Positions 23,859-35,600 of a DNA stretch of 64,000 nt are shown one piece after another (position 1 is the first letter of the stretch; the number at the start of each line of letters is the position of its first letter). The notes under the pieces were generated by a model. That model was not told the DNA's origin. It ran no database searches and saw only the letters and a program-made list of their open reading frames with translations. Both the position numbers and the translations under genes were made by a program. Source of the DNA: Asterias rubens (Eukaryota); contig NC_047080.1 in NCBI RefSeq assembly GCF_902459465.1, positions 2,790,001-2,854,000 on the forward strand. Reading direction: 5' to 3'.

Positions 23859-24361
23859 GGTTTTGAAAAGCTAACGACGAAACACTTGAAATAATCAAAA
23901 TAGTTTAACGTTTTCCCCGTTCCACTGTTTAGTTGAGTTGATCAATCTTGCATTACAGTGTGACTTTGCAGTTGTCAAGTAATAGTCTGGTCACCACCAT
24001 AAATTTCACGAATAACACTATTGTTACGTACAGGTTTCATACAACATTAAGAGTAGGCTCACTCAGTTCAAATGTTTTTACTTTAATAGAAATAACTTTA
24101 AAAATATGAAATATAACACATTTAAAACAAATCTAATTTAAATAATCATATTTTGTTTTAAAACTATAGAAAAACGATTGTTATTTTATAAATTATTCAA
24201 AAATAAGTTAACAAACACATATTACATTAATTTTCAAGGTCAAAGGTTGCGCCGATACTCGCATGCACGATGAAGTGAGAGCGGTTCTTATGAAAAACAT
24301 TGCATTTGTTATCCACGGTATACATTGACTGGAGCAAAAGTAGACCAAACAAGTCACCAAA
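23859..24361. promoter_or_regulatory. Divergent promoter region PSMB1/LSM2
   Basis: PSMB1 ATG at 23858 (-) and LSM2 ATG at 24362 (+) are 503 bp apart, head-to-head. Confidence 0.7.
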
Positions 24362-26432
24362 ATGGTAATTACACTTAATGCTATTCATTTGTGCTGTTTT
24401 ACTTTATTTGATTTGTTATCAAACAAACATTTAATCAAAGATTTACTTTGACGAGACGGGCGGGCAGCATGCGTTGTGTATAGTTTGGCATGTTTTAACA
24501 TTTACTGATGACAGAGGGCGCAATTCAAAATTTGTCAAATCTAAAAAAGAACTTAAAACTATGATTTATGATAGTAATATGAATGAATTTAACAACATAT
24601 TTTTGGTTACAACTAGTAAATAATTACCTGAACATTATTCACCCTTTTTTTTTTAAGAATAGATACCTAGCCTAGGCAAAATTTTTTTTTATTGTATTTG
24701 TAGAAAAAAAAATGTATTTTTTATGGAAAACAAAAAAGTAAAAATATCCCACCAACCAAGCTAACATTTACAGGCTAGGCTCTTGAGAATCTATTTTATA
24801 AATCAGGAATGCATTATAAATAAAAGGTATGGGTTATGAATTATGCAAGATTGCATGTGTGTTACTGTTGTTTATGTTAGTTGTCAAAATTGTTTTTGAT
24901 TGTTTCAATTAACATTTCAATCAAATTTGCATGAATTTTCTTTGTGTTCATCCAACAGCTCTTCTATTCATTCTTCAAATCTCTGGTGGGCAAAGACGTA
25001 GTAGTCGAGTTGAAAAATGATCTCAGGTATTAAAGAATATTTATCTCACAATTATTTGTAGTTTGTTATTATAATAATAACGCAGGTTCTTATAAAAGGC
25101 TTTATCGCAACCCTAGGCATGCTAGGATGTATCAAAGTGCTCAGTACTTTTTCCTGCAAAGGTATGCCAATTTACATTTTGAAGTACAATGTATACGTCA
25201 GCTGTTCTTTAAAGCACTATATAATGATATAAAGGGTGATGTTATGCAATTTATGCAGACAATCAAACCAGGAACACCAAGGCAAACCCTTTAACTTACC
25301 GACAAGTGCCCACTGGTTTCTTTTACGTGCATTACACATTACTGTCTGTCCGAGTCGATTGTTGATAATTTGTTTTTTAATTGTTTTATTGTTACTTTTC
25401 TCGATCTGACATAGCGTAAATTCCCCAAACCTGCGGTTTGTAAATATTTCGCGCAGTGCCGCATTTCTGTCACGTCATATGCGTCCACTGCGCAGGAAAC
25501 GCCCTGTTAAGCTATGTTATGTAGGCATACTTTGCGTGCCACCCTTAGTTAACTATGGTCATGGTAATGAAGAACCTCCCTAACACTGGATGATTTTGCA
25601 CGCAAGAATTTTCACAATTTTGTTTATATCAAATGGCTCTATTTTAGTGAAAACATCAATAATATTAATAAATTTGTGTCTCTGAAACCTCTTACTAAAG
25701 TTTTGTTGTGGTTTTATCCATCACTAGCATCTGTGGAACATTACACTCCGTGGACCAGTTTCTCAACATCAAACTCTCAGACATCAGCGTGACCGATCCA
25801 GAAAAATATCCACACATGGTAGGTGGAGCCAGTCTCAATTAGGAATTTGAAATGCGAACAACTTTGCACTTTGATTGACGAAATTCTCATTCTAAAGAAA
25901 AAAGTGGGGATGACCGAGAAATGTTCACTTTGAGAGTGCCCTGAAGAGAAATTTACTAAATAAAAATAATATCTCTAGATCTTAAAAAGTATTTAACAAT
26001 AACGTGTCAATGTCTATAATTTTGCCTTGGTGGTTGGGCCAACAAAATTCCTGTAATCCTTCTGAGCTCCCTGGGGTGTAAACGGCACCGGGCTGCCACG
26101 GCGCTCTGAAGGATTTTTCAAAAAAATATCACCTTCTACCCTCAAGAGATACCCGTTTATTGGGTGAAAAGAAGCAATTATAATGAAGTTTCATGACATG
26201 AATTCGAACCCTACCCCGCTGACTGAACTACCAGAACATAACTTTGATGCTCTAAAGCCCTCAGCCATTAAGGCAATTTTTTTCCTCTAATACTTTTATT
26301 CCATAGCTATCGGTTAAGAATTGCTTCATCAGAGGTTCAGTAGTGAGGTATGTGCAACTGCCGGCAGATGAGTGTGACACACAGCTTCTTCAAGATGCAG
26401 CCAGGAAAGAAGCGGCACAGAGTAAACAGTAG
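24362..26432 (+). CDS. LSM2: U6 snRNA-associated Sm-like protein LSm2, 95 aa, 4 coding exons
   Basis: Exons 24362-24364 (ATG only, caaaATG|gtaatt), 24959-25026, 25728-25818, 26307-26432 give MLFYSFFKSLVGKDVVVELKNDLSICGTLHSVDQFLNIKLSDISVTDPEKYPHMLSVKNCFIRGSVVRYVQLPADECDTQLLQDAARKEAAQSKQ*. The ATG exon is the least certain. Confidence 0.96.
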
Positions 26433-27589
26433 CAGCGGCTGATGACATCATCTTTGTACATATTATGAGACTTTTTTGTAAACTAATTTGTTGGATTGGC
26501 TTCATAGCGGGGTTTAAAAAAAAAACATGTGAAGGATGTCAAGATAAACCTTCAGTCCATATTTGACAGGCGTGGGTGAAGTACAGTGCTCATGGTTTTG
26601 GGTTAGCCAGGATTTGGTAAAAGGGTTTCAAAATTTGCTGGAAACTTAGAAACTGGGTGTCAAAAATCACATTTATAATTTTTATATGTAAATTACAGGG
26701 TGTCCAAAAGACACACCTCTGCCTGATTCTATGTACAGGGCACAATTTCATGACTCTGTTCACTGCTTACCACGAATTTCTGCGCTTATGCCCTGCTGTG
26801 ACCTCTTTGGAATGTGCACATTACAGGGTGTGGCAAGCGAAGAAATCGTCATTAGAAGCAGCACCATGAAATTGGGGCCAGGTTAGGCATTGTTGTTAGT
26901 TCATCAGTCAGCAATTCTGTTAAAAGCAAAGTGACCTTTTTGCAATGTTCTTCAAAGCCAATGTTAAATTGTGGGAAGTTTTGGGACAGAATGACACACA
27001 TAATAACACGATCACAAATGCCTTTAAAATAAGTTCACCTATTTTTATTACATAGTTTTCTCTGATGAATACATGTATATTGAATTGACCTTTCAAGTTC
27101 CTGAAAGAAAATTCCATTTACATGCACACCATGGGGACTTTTGATCATGCATATTCATGACCATGACCTTGTAGTTCTAGGCACATTCCTGTTGTACTAA
27201 CAATACACAAGTACATTTATTTAAACCTGGTTTTGAAGAGGACATTTGTTATTTAAAGGTATTTTCCTTTGCCATGTGTGAAATTAAGTTATCTATGACA
27301 GGTTTGATTTGTATGAAATAAAGACCACTTTCATGTACTTCCAGAGCTTTGGTTAAATTTGTCCTTGTTGTATCACTTGTTTTCTGGTTTAATATCATAA
27401 AATGTATTGACAATCAATGGAAACTGGAAACTAAATCTTAAGTCAAAAATCTTGTGCGAATTATTCTAAAGAATACTCTTGGTCCAACAGTTTGCAGTTT
27501 AGATTTTAATGTCTGGTACAATGACTCGCTTAGATGGAAGTGAAACCTTAAAACATGATTTTCTCAGTTGCCATACAAAAGCTTGGCCC

Positions 27590-27920
27590 TCCATGTAATA
27601 ATAATAATTTGGGGGGCTAATCGTCCTTACTCGCAGCAAAGAGCTGAATTGCGAAGGACGCAGCTACAATGTGTTCGAGAAGCTGGCATGCAAGGGCGCC
27701 TTTGGCTGCCAGCCACATTAACTCATTATGACCGCGGAGCACAGCCAAAGATTGAAAGTGTTTGATTTTTTTCTCGAGGGAGGAAAACCGTATGGTATGG
27801 AAAACCCTCGTGGCACAGCAGAGAACCAATGCACAACTCAACTGGCATATGGCCCCGGCCGGGAATCGAACTGGGGTCACCTTGGTGAGAGGCGAGCACT
27901 TTACACACAAGCCAACCATG
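27590..27920 (-). mobile_element. tRNA-derived SINE, family 2 (V-domain-like)
   Basis: Head ggtgacccc.gttc.attccc, central gggttttcc...ggttttcctccc; plus-strand copy ~50385-50722. Confidence 0.75.
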
Positions 27921-28309
27921 TGATGTTTTCCTACACTCCTTAGACAGGGGAATTCAATTAAACAGTCTTGAGAAGTCCAAATCGCAAAAGTTTCATAGAA
28001 ACGTTTAAGCAGAAAGTATTGCCTTAAAACCTTTTTCTGCTAAGCAAAAATAGGGAGGATATCATTCACAGATTGTATATGTGGCATGGTCTTTGGGCTG
28101 ATAACCTTAGTCAGCTAAGCACAACTTTTTCTGCTAAGCAAAAATAGGCAGGATATCATTCACAGATTGTATATGTGGCATGGTCTTTGGGCTGATAACC
28201 TTAGTCTGCTAAGCATAACTTTGTCGTGCTTAGGTACTTCTTGTGCTTGAGGACCTCTATGAAGTTGGGCCCTGGTGGGAGTGGTTAATAATAGTATATG
28301 TACCATTCA

Positions 28310-29614
28310 TTAGCTCTTATCACTTTCTAGTTGTGCAAGTTCCAAGATGTCATCTTCATCTGTTGTCCTCCTGACAGCTTCTCCCTTTGCAGCCAAAATC
28401 TCTTCAATATTCCTTTAAGAAAACAAAATAGACAACAAAATTGAACAGCCGTCTTCAATATTCCTTTAAGAAAACAAAATAGCCCAAAACAATTGAAACA
28501 CAGGCCTGACACTTCACTGGAGCAACAGAGGTGATTGCCACCCTGCCCATTGCCTTGGTGCCTTTGAACAGCTCTTGTAGAAGTTTACAATTTCCTCATT
28601 GAGTGCCCTTTATCGAGGAGAAAATACCTTGGTGCCCTTGCCCTTTCAAAAACGAATCATACAGGCCTGGAAACAGCAGTGGTTTGGTTTTGTTGTGTTT
28701 TGCCAAAAGTGGTTGAGCATTTTGCACCATTCGAACCCTCAAAAACAAGGGTAAAAATAAGAGCTTAATCTTATGAGCACTATACTCTGTATAATTTCCA
28801 GAGTTCTGTGAGAAATTCACCTGGCATATTCCTTTGGGTTCAATTGCCACCTGATTTTTTTTGCAAATCTCCGGAAAGTACTGAGCATAAAGTGCTTGAA
28901 CATAACGGTGTAAGTGTTAAACAAACAGTTGAATAGATGCCTTAAAAACAGAGACCATGTTGAGTGCAAGCCCACCCAAATTATATCGAATTCCAAGATT
29001 CCAAGACAAACAAAAATATAAATCAATCATTACCTTCCGCCCGCGTCAGCAAACCACCCTAAGTTATCAGCGATGAGATGATTCTTACTGCATCCCGGGC
29101 ATTTGACGATCACCACTCCTTTCTCATACCCCACTCTGGAGATCGTCTTCGAGGACCTTGTCTCACATACTTTGCATGTAAAGACAAGCTGGAATTTGTC
29201 CGAGGCTGGTAACTTTCCCAGGGGTGTTTTCTCACCCTCGGAGGACTTCAACTCCTCATTTTGATTTTCTGAGAGAGTTGAAGGTCCTGTGTGCAAACAA
29301 CTAACATGACGGGTTGACGGAGTTAGGTGTGATGTGGTTTGGGTCATTAAAGTTGATCGGCAATGCACCCTTTTTAGCCATGTCGGAGTAATGAACGGTG
29401 TTCCAAGGAAAGTTGTTACTGACCGTTGGTTTGAAAGCAGAGACCTGACTCTTCCTGCGTTCTGTGTTTTTGGAGAAACTGAAGTGACAAGACATTTCAG
29501 ATTCACTCTGTCACATGGCTGCAGTCCGATTGGAATCTTCTGCTGAATGATATGACTTAAGCGAAAGACAAATACTGCGGAACGTCTTTGCAATGCTAAC
29601 AATGGTGAAGTCAT
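28310..29614 (-). CDS. DNLZ: DNL-type zinc finger protein (mtHsp70 escort, HEP1/Zim17), ~227 aa, 2 coding exons
   Basis: Exons 29614-29034 and 28412-28310. Presequence-like N-terminus; FQLVFTCKVCETRSSKTISRVGYEKGVVIVKCPGCSKNHLIADNLGWF..R|NIEEILAAKGE (two CxxC). Probable 5' exon with donor AC|GTAAGT ending at 30363. Confidence 0.94.
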
Positions 29615-30131
29615 CTTGACTTTATCATCAGTAGGCCTACCTTCAAAAAAAGGAGTTAATAAATTATGAACAAATGATGAAATAGTTTCGCTGTCAATAT
29701 ACCAAATGCAAGAGAGATTTTACAAAAATTTTGATCTTTTTCCGACTCCGAAAATAATGTAAATTAGTACAGAGCCCCAATAATTGGATATTTGGAGAGT
29801 GTAAACACAACATCATGACCATGGGGTTTGGTTCTGGTAAATACTGCACAATCTCCATCCATGACTCCTTCATGCTGATCATGATGAGACACGAGACTAA
29901 GCACCTCCATGTGGAGACTATAATTATTGAATTTGAACCTCCAATTTATAATTATATCAAACAAATTCCCTGCCATAGTTCTATTCTAGAAGTAGGCTAA
30001 AGGCGGTCGTGTGGTGAATAAAGGTTTCTCATTACCCATGTTGGATATTCGAGCATTCGGGCCTCGTCTATTTCTACCTCCATGGTATATTAGTTTCTAC
30101 CAAAGATCGTACGGCGCTCTATGATCTTTGT

Positions 30132-30266
30132 TTTCTACCTCCATGATACTCCTCTACTAATCTGCTAATTATAAATACGTGTGATTTTACAATACAAAAC
30201 TAGCCTACTATACACTACACAAACACACTCAGTCGTCACAGCACGGAACAATCATGGAGGTAGAAA
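30132..30266. repeat. Perfect 16-bp inverted repeat (tttctacctccatgat / atcatggaggtagaaa), probable MITE relic in DNLZ 5' intron
   Basis: Arms 30132-30147 and 30251-30266; same motif also at ~30071 and ~40658. Confidence 0.6.
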
Positions 30267-30645
30267 TGCACAACACAGTCAGTCAGTTACAAGATATATA
30301 ACTCCGGGTTGAAAATGAGTCCTACTTAATTAGGATCATTGCATATTTCAGGGTAAACTTACGTCTGTGCTTCGCCACACAACCACATGCACATGCAGTA
30401 AAATCCCAAACAAGCAATGTCGATTTTCTGTAAGGCGCCACCTCTTGGCAGTACCAGTCAGGTTGGCTGATGACGTAGCGTGTTCAGAGACTCTCCGGTT
30501 CGATTCCCTTGCATGTGGACTTGGTTTTCAATCCATACCCGACTGCTCTGTGGGTTTTCCTTTTCAAAGTTTTCCTCCCACGTCTATAACTACAATTTAT
30601 TAATTGTTTTCTACTTAAGAAGTGGGTGTATTGTTATTATCATTT

Positions 30646-30817
30646 GCCGATTAATTCTTCACGAAACGCTAGGATTAATCCTAACTCGAGTTAGGACGAA
30701 TAACCCGTCCTAACTTAGGATGGTTCCAATGCGTCCTACATATTTGGATACGGGAACCCGTCCTAAGTCCCAAGATTAATCCTAAGTTAGGAAGAGTTCT
30801 GGTGAAATCGACGGCTG
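30646..30817. mobile_element. TCCTAA/TTAGGA-rich palindromic MITE
   Basis: Inverted copy at ~31942-32093; third copy ~46565-46715. Confidence 0.75.
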
Positions 30818-31117
30818 GCACATTTTTGTGGCCGAAACTTCATGAAAATGAACAAACAAATAACTGATTTTAGTAACAATTTGAACTTTGAGACAAACAA
30901 CGAATTTTGGGGAAAAACAACACATTTTTAATGCTTCCCTACGAAAGCTATTTTTCAAACCACTACATTCAAAGACTAAACTTCACAGCAATTTTCCTTT
31001 ATAATTATCGGTTTATTTGAGATTTAACGAGTGTAGTGATGAGGAGAGTGTGCCGTCTCCCTTACGAGAAACCACACGCATTAGTCTATAACATCTGACG
31101 TCACGAGGCTCGTGAGT

Positions 31118-31360
31118 AGGAGGTTTAGCTGCACGTTACGTGAGCAAACGAAGTGAACGTGTTGAGGCGTCAGAAAATTGTGTAGTTTCCTGACGTCGCC
31201 CACTTTGGGCTTATTACATGTCCTCACGTATGACGTCTGCACGACGTACCCGAAGTGAGAAATGGCAACTTCACGTATGCTTATAAAAGGTGATATTTTT
31301 ACAACAAAACTTTCGTTCGCGTTCACGTTTTTGCTCGCGTCACGTGCAGCTAAGCCGCCC
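31118..31360. mobile_element. Decayed MITE with about 36-bp imperfect TIRs
   Basis: ttagctgcacgttacgtgagcaaa (31125 onward) versus tttgctcgcgtcacgtgcagctaa (to 31353). Confidence 0.65.
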
Positions 31361-32247
31361 TAATAATTACACCAGAGATCTGCTGTTGACCCTAATCACC
31401 TTTGACTTCGCATCATTTCACATGACCTTCATGGTTCTTGAGATTTGCAGTCAGATCACATATAAACCAATAACTGAGGACCGTGGGGACCAGTCTATAA
31501 CCACCAACATGATGGAACACTCGACTCTCTGCTCCACTGAATTTCCCTTTAAAATCGAGTCATCTCTCGTTAAAATAATTTACTATTAAAACTGATATCA
31601 TGTTAATATCAGGCAGAGCACATCATAACACCAAAATGTAATCAAAATATAAAAATATTACCAACTTAGTAAAACACATTTAAATTTTAAAAAGCATTTA
31701 AAATAGCCCACCTTTTACAACAAATATACCGATATCATGCTATCGGACAATGCACATAAAATTTAAATCAAAATAACATCAATACATCCTCGGTACTTAA
31801 AATATCATTTTTTGCATCGGCAAACCAAAAGTTTACGTCATTGCAAGTTAATTATCCAATGAAATGATTGTTCCGATGAAATCACTGGTTCCGAAAGGCA
31901 ACCAAGGGGCTGTCTGTATCATTGGGATGAAAGACAGGGTACCAGCCGTCGACTTCACCAAACTGTTCCTTCAGGAATAATCTTATGACTTGGGTCTAGT
32001 AAGACGTAAGTAAGTATAGGACGCATTGAAACCACCCTAAGTTAGGACGAGTTACTCGTCCTAACTCGAGAGCGCTTCATGAAATCGGCTGCCGTCTAGA
32101 TGGGCAAGAGCCATGCTGGCAAGAGCAACTTCCCTTTGACCTCTCCAAAATTGACATTGATCTGTGCCCAATGCTTACCACAGAGTTCTGCCCTTACGGA
32201 ACCCTTGTAGAACACACTTCGAATTCCCAATGCTTTACGTCGTGTTA

Positions 32248-32626
32248 AAGGAACACGTTGCATGCCTTGGATCGGACGAGTTGGTCTATAAAATGCGTTT
32301 GGAACCGTTTGTTATATAATGCATATGGTTAGAAAGATGTTGTAAAAGCAGAATACAATGATCTACACAAATATCCCTCGAAATTGCGTGGTTTTCGTTT
32401 TACATCGTCGACGAACACGGTCGGCCATTAAATTAATGGGAGTCAAATTGTTGACACCCATAATGGCCGAACGTGTTTCTTCGCGAAAACCGTTAAGTTC
32501 CGAGGCATGTTTGTGTGGATCATACTATTCTACTTTTAAATTACCCATCTAAGCATATATGCATTTCGTAAAAAACGGCTTCAAACGCTCAAGACCAACT
32601 CGACCGATCCAAGGCAACGTGTTCCT
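32248..32626. mobile_element. TTAA-flanked MITE with AGGAACACGTTG TIR (Kolobok-like)
   Basis: ttaa|aggaacacgttgc...ggcaacgtgttcct|ttaa; partial copy ~47530-47825. Confidence 0.85.
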
Positions 32627-32676
32627 TTAAGTTCACCATGCAGACGTTTTACACTGATGAGATATCACCCAATTAT

Positions 32677-35600
32677 TCAGAGATTCGTTGAAGAAGACGT
32701 TTGACGGCTGATGTATTCCCGCAGAAAGCCCAAAGTTGCTTGCTTTCCACACTGATTTGAAATGAAAGCAAAAACACATAAAGGCCTATTAGTTTTGTTT
32801 AGTTTGTTTTTATATTACAAATAACTTCTCAGTCAATATGAATGCCCGAGAAACAAAATTTTATTATAAAGAATTCCCAAAAGTTCTGGAGTAGGGTCCA
32901 CGTCAATCTTGCAAAAGGCATTCTGCATTGGGAAGAGTTTTCATTTCGGTTTTACCCATAATAGTCAGAATGTGTGTTAGTACTGTATACTCAGTCAGTA
33001 TAGGGTTACTTTCCCGATTTCGGTGAAAAATGTACAGACACATTACGCAGGTGGGCCTCGAACCCACGACCTTTGCAATTCTAGAGCAGTGTCTTACCAA
33101 TATACAACTGAGATTGCCCGGTAGCTATAAGAGAGGCAGTTAGAATCATATAATTTAATTTACCTCTATTAGAAATGTCTTATCTTCCTGCTCCATGTCC
33201 CAATCGAAGGCCTCCAAGTACTGTGTGTTAATTCCGATGGTGCGCTGGAAATCAGAACTCTAGAAAAGTGAAGAAATTTTGTGAATCGGAGACACAAACC
33301 TGTTAGCAAAATATTATCACTTTTAATTTCTTGTATAAATTATACTTAACTTAAATTACTTTCTTGTAAACACAACAATACCAAATCAAGGCTATTGTAA
33401 AATACACAGCCGGTCTACACACTATGGTAAAAGAATACATTTTGTGTCCTTTATAGTTAAATTGGCCGATAATTATATCCTACTTTTAAAACATCTCTCT
33501 CATCATAATCGATTTCATAATAAACGGGTTCAACGTTTTTCATAGACCAACTCGACCAACGTGTTCCTTTAGTATTGTAATTGTTTGTTCGTTCGTTGAT
33601 ACTAAAAGAAAAAGAACAAGTCACATCACTTTTGCCGATGGAGCCTTCTCGGTATATGGACCCAAACTCTGGAATAAACTTCCGAATCACATCAAGGACA
33701 CAACATCATTCAACACATTCAAGGCACTTCTGAAAGCCCACTTGTTTCAAGAGGCCTACCATCAATGACTTTTTATTTCTCCTGTGCCTCTTGTAGCCTT
33801 TGAGAAAACTTTTGATTGAGGCGCTATACACATTACGTTTGATTGATTGATTGAAAAACAACAGCACCAAAACGAGTAAAGGTGCTTAATACAAAGTACG
33901 CAAACAATGACAGAATGCAAGTCAACTACATGTATACTCACCCTTGTTGTTACACGCTGAACATTGAGCAGCACAGTGTCGACCAGGGAACCAAGTAACT
34001 GAGTGATACCCTTGATCTCATGCCGTTCATACCCACATAGAGTCTGCAGTAAGTCCACATCTCGTTTGCCTGCCAGTTGGACAAGTTCTGAGTACTCAAT
34101 CTAGATCAAAATAGTGGGGTAAACTAAGAGAACTATTTAAAGGAATGATGCATTTTATAATGTCAGAGAATGCAAAGAGTAGGACCATCGCAGAATATTT
34201 CTTTTTAAGAACAAGCAACTTCAAAAATGTTCAAATGGCTGCCCGCTTGTTATTCTACCAATCTATTTTATCAAAAGAAAATATGCAATGGCCCTTTAGT
34301 CACGTGTCTTTCTAATAGAATGCTCGGACACTATGCCAAATTCCATGCTTTTATTATCAGCGGGCACAATCCCAATCTGCCGCTATAAACTCACATTGAC
34401 TTCATCTAACCTTATGTTTTTGTTTTCAGTTTAAATTTGCATAATAATTATTTGAAATGCTGAAAATGTGCCAAGGCTATTTTAAATTTATTGGGTATTA
34501 GATTAAAAAACCTGGTTGGAAAACTTCTTTGAAACTTAAAAAGTGCGTATAAAGTAATCTCTGGTTTAAAAATAAACATAGAAGTTTATGCTCAAAGATA
34601 CAAAATAATCTTCGCTTAGAACACAATAAATAAAAGTGAGTAAATTAAATTGTATTTTTTCTTTTTACCTCACCACTATTATCGGTGTCGATGATTTTAA
34701 AGATGTCGTCTGGATGTTTCACACCGTTAAAAAGTATGTCGATGTCATCATCCGAGAGCTAGAGGAATGACAAAGGATTAATATATCTAGCATCATTATA
34801 CTGTAAAGGAAGCTATCATGTTTCTTCTCTTCATTATGCCACGTATGCCGACGTTGTTATTAATATATATTTGGTTTGCGGTAACACCATGCGTGTATCT
34901 ACTTGCCAGGGGCCAATTTCATAGAGCTGCTTAAGCAAAAAAATTGCTTAAGCACGAAAAATAGCTCGCTTATTTTACACATGTTACTGGCCAAAATTTC
35001 ATGCCATATACATTGCTTGTAACTGGTATTTGGCTGTTGTTTACTTAGCATAACAATTGAGTGGAGTCTTGGCCGGTAATCTGATTTTACTAAGCAAGGA
35101 TTTTTTTGCTTAAGCAAAGTTTTGTGCTTAAGCAGCTCTATGAAATTGGGCCCAGGTAGAGTTTGTTCTTAGAGAACTGTCTTGCTTAATTCTACCGGTA
35201 TACCGCGGAGTAGATTGTTTGGGTGTTCGGGAGACTTCTCAGTTTTTGAAAAGAACTGTCCTGCTTATTAACTATTACCTGGGCGGGATAGTATAGAAAT
35301 AGGCTGGGACTACTATAACTTTAGCGTATAGAATCGTAATTAACTCGTAAGTTCTTGGAGTCTGTGTACATTGGCGAGACCGGTAGAGACCTCACTACCG
35401 AGACCTCACTACCAGGCTGAAAGAACATAAAGCGCACTGCCTCGAATGTATGGACAACAACTTTACAGTGACTAGTTCAGAAGTGTCTGTAAGACTGATT
35501 ATTTGAGTCTTAAGACTGACTAATAGACCAATTATTTTGCATGTAAGACTACATGTATTTAAATTTTCTTGCAAGGCGACTAAATAATTGTGCACCAATC

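Noticed and set aside
23498-24522. CTCF-like AGAGGGCGC motifs near the PSMB1/LSM2 promoter and elsewhere (e.g. ~9286, ~43784, ~63237)
   Set aside because: Only partial matches judged by eye, some inside repeats; cannot be supported without PWM scoring and ChIP data.
31081-31360. CRE-rich TATA promoter or novel ncRNA gene
   Set aside because: The ACGT density is explained by a decayed MITE with about 36-bp TIRs; no downstream exon or recognisable RNA structure.
30646-32093. Composite transposon bounded by inverted MITE copies
   Set aside because: No shared outer TSD, the copies are diverged from each other, a third solo copy exists, and the interior has no cargo. Independent insertions are more likely.
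33625-33770. Small protein-coding exon in copy A intron 10
   Set aside because: It is the C-terminal fragment of an L2 LINE ORF2 on the opposite strand, followed by its UTR and simple-repeat tail.
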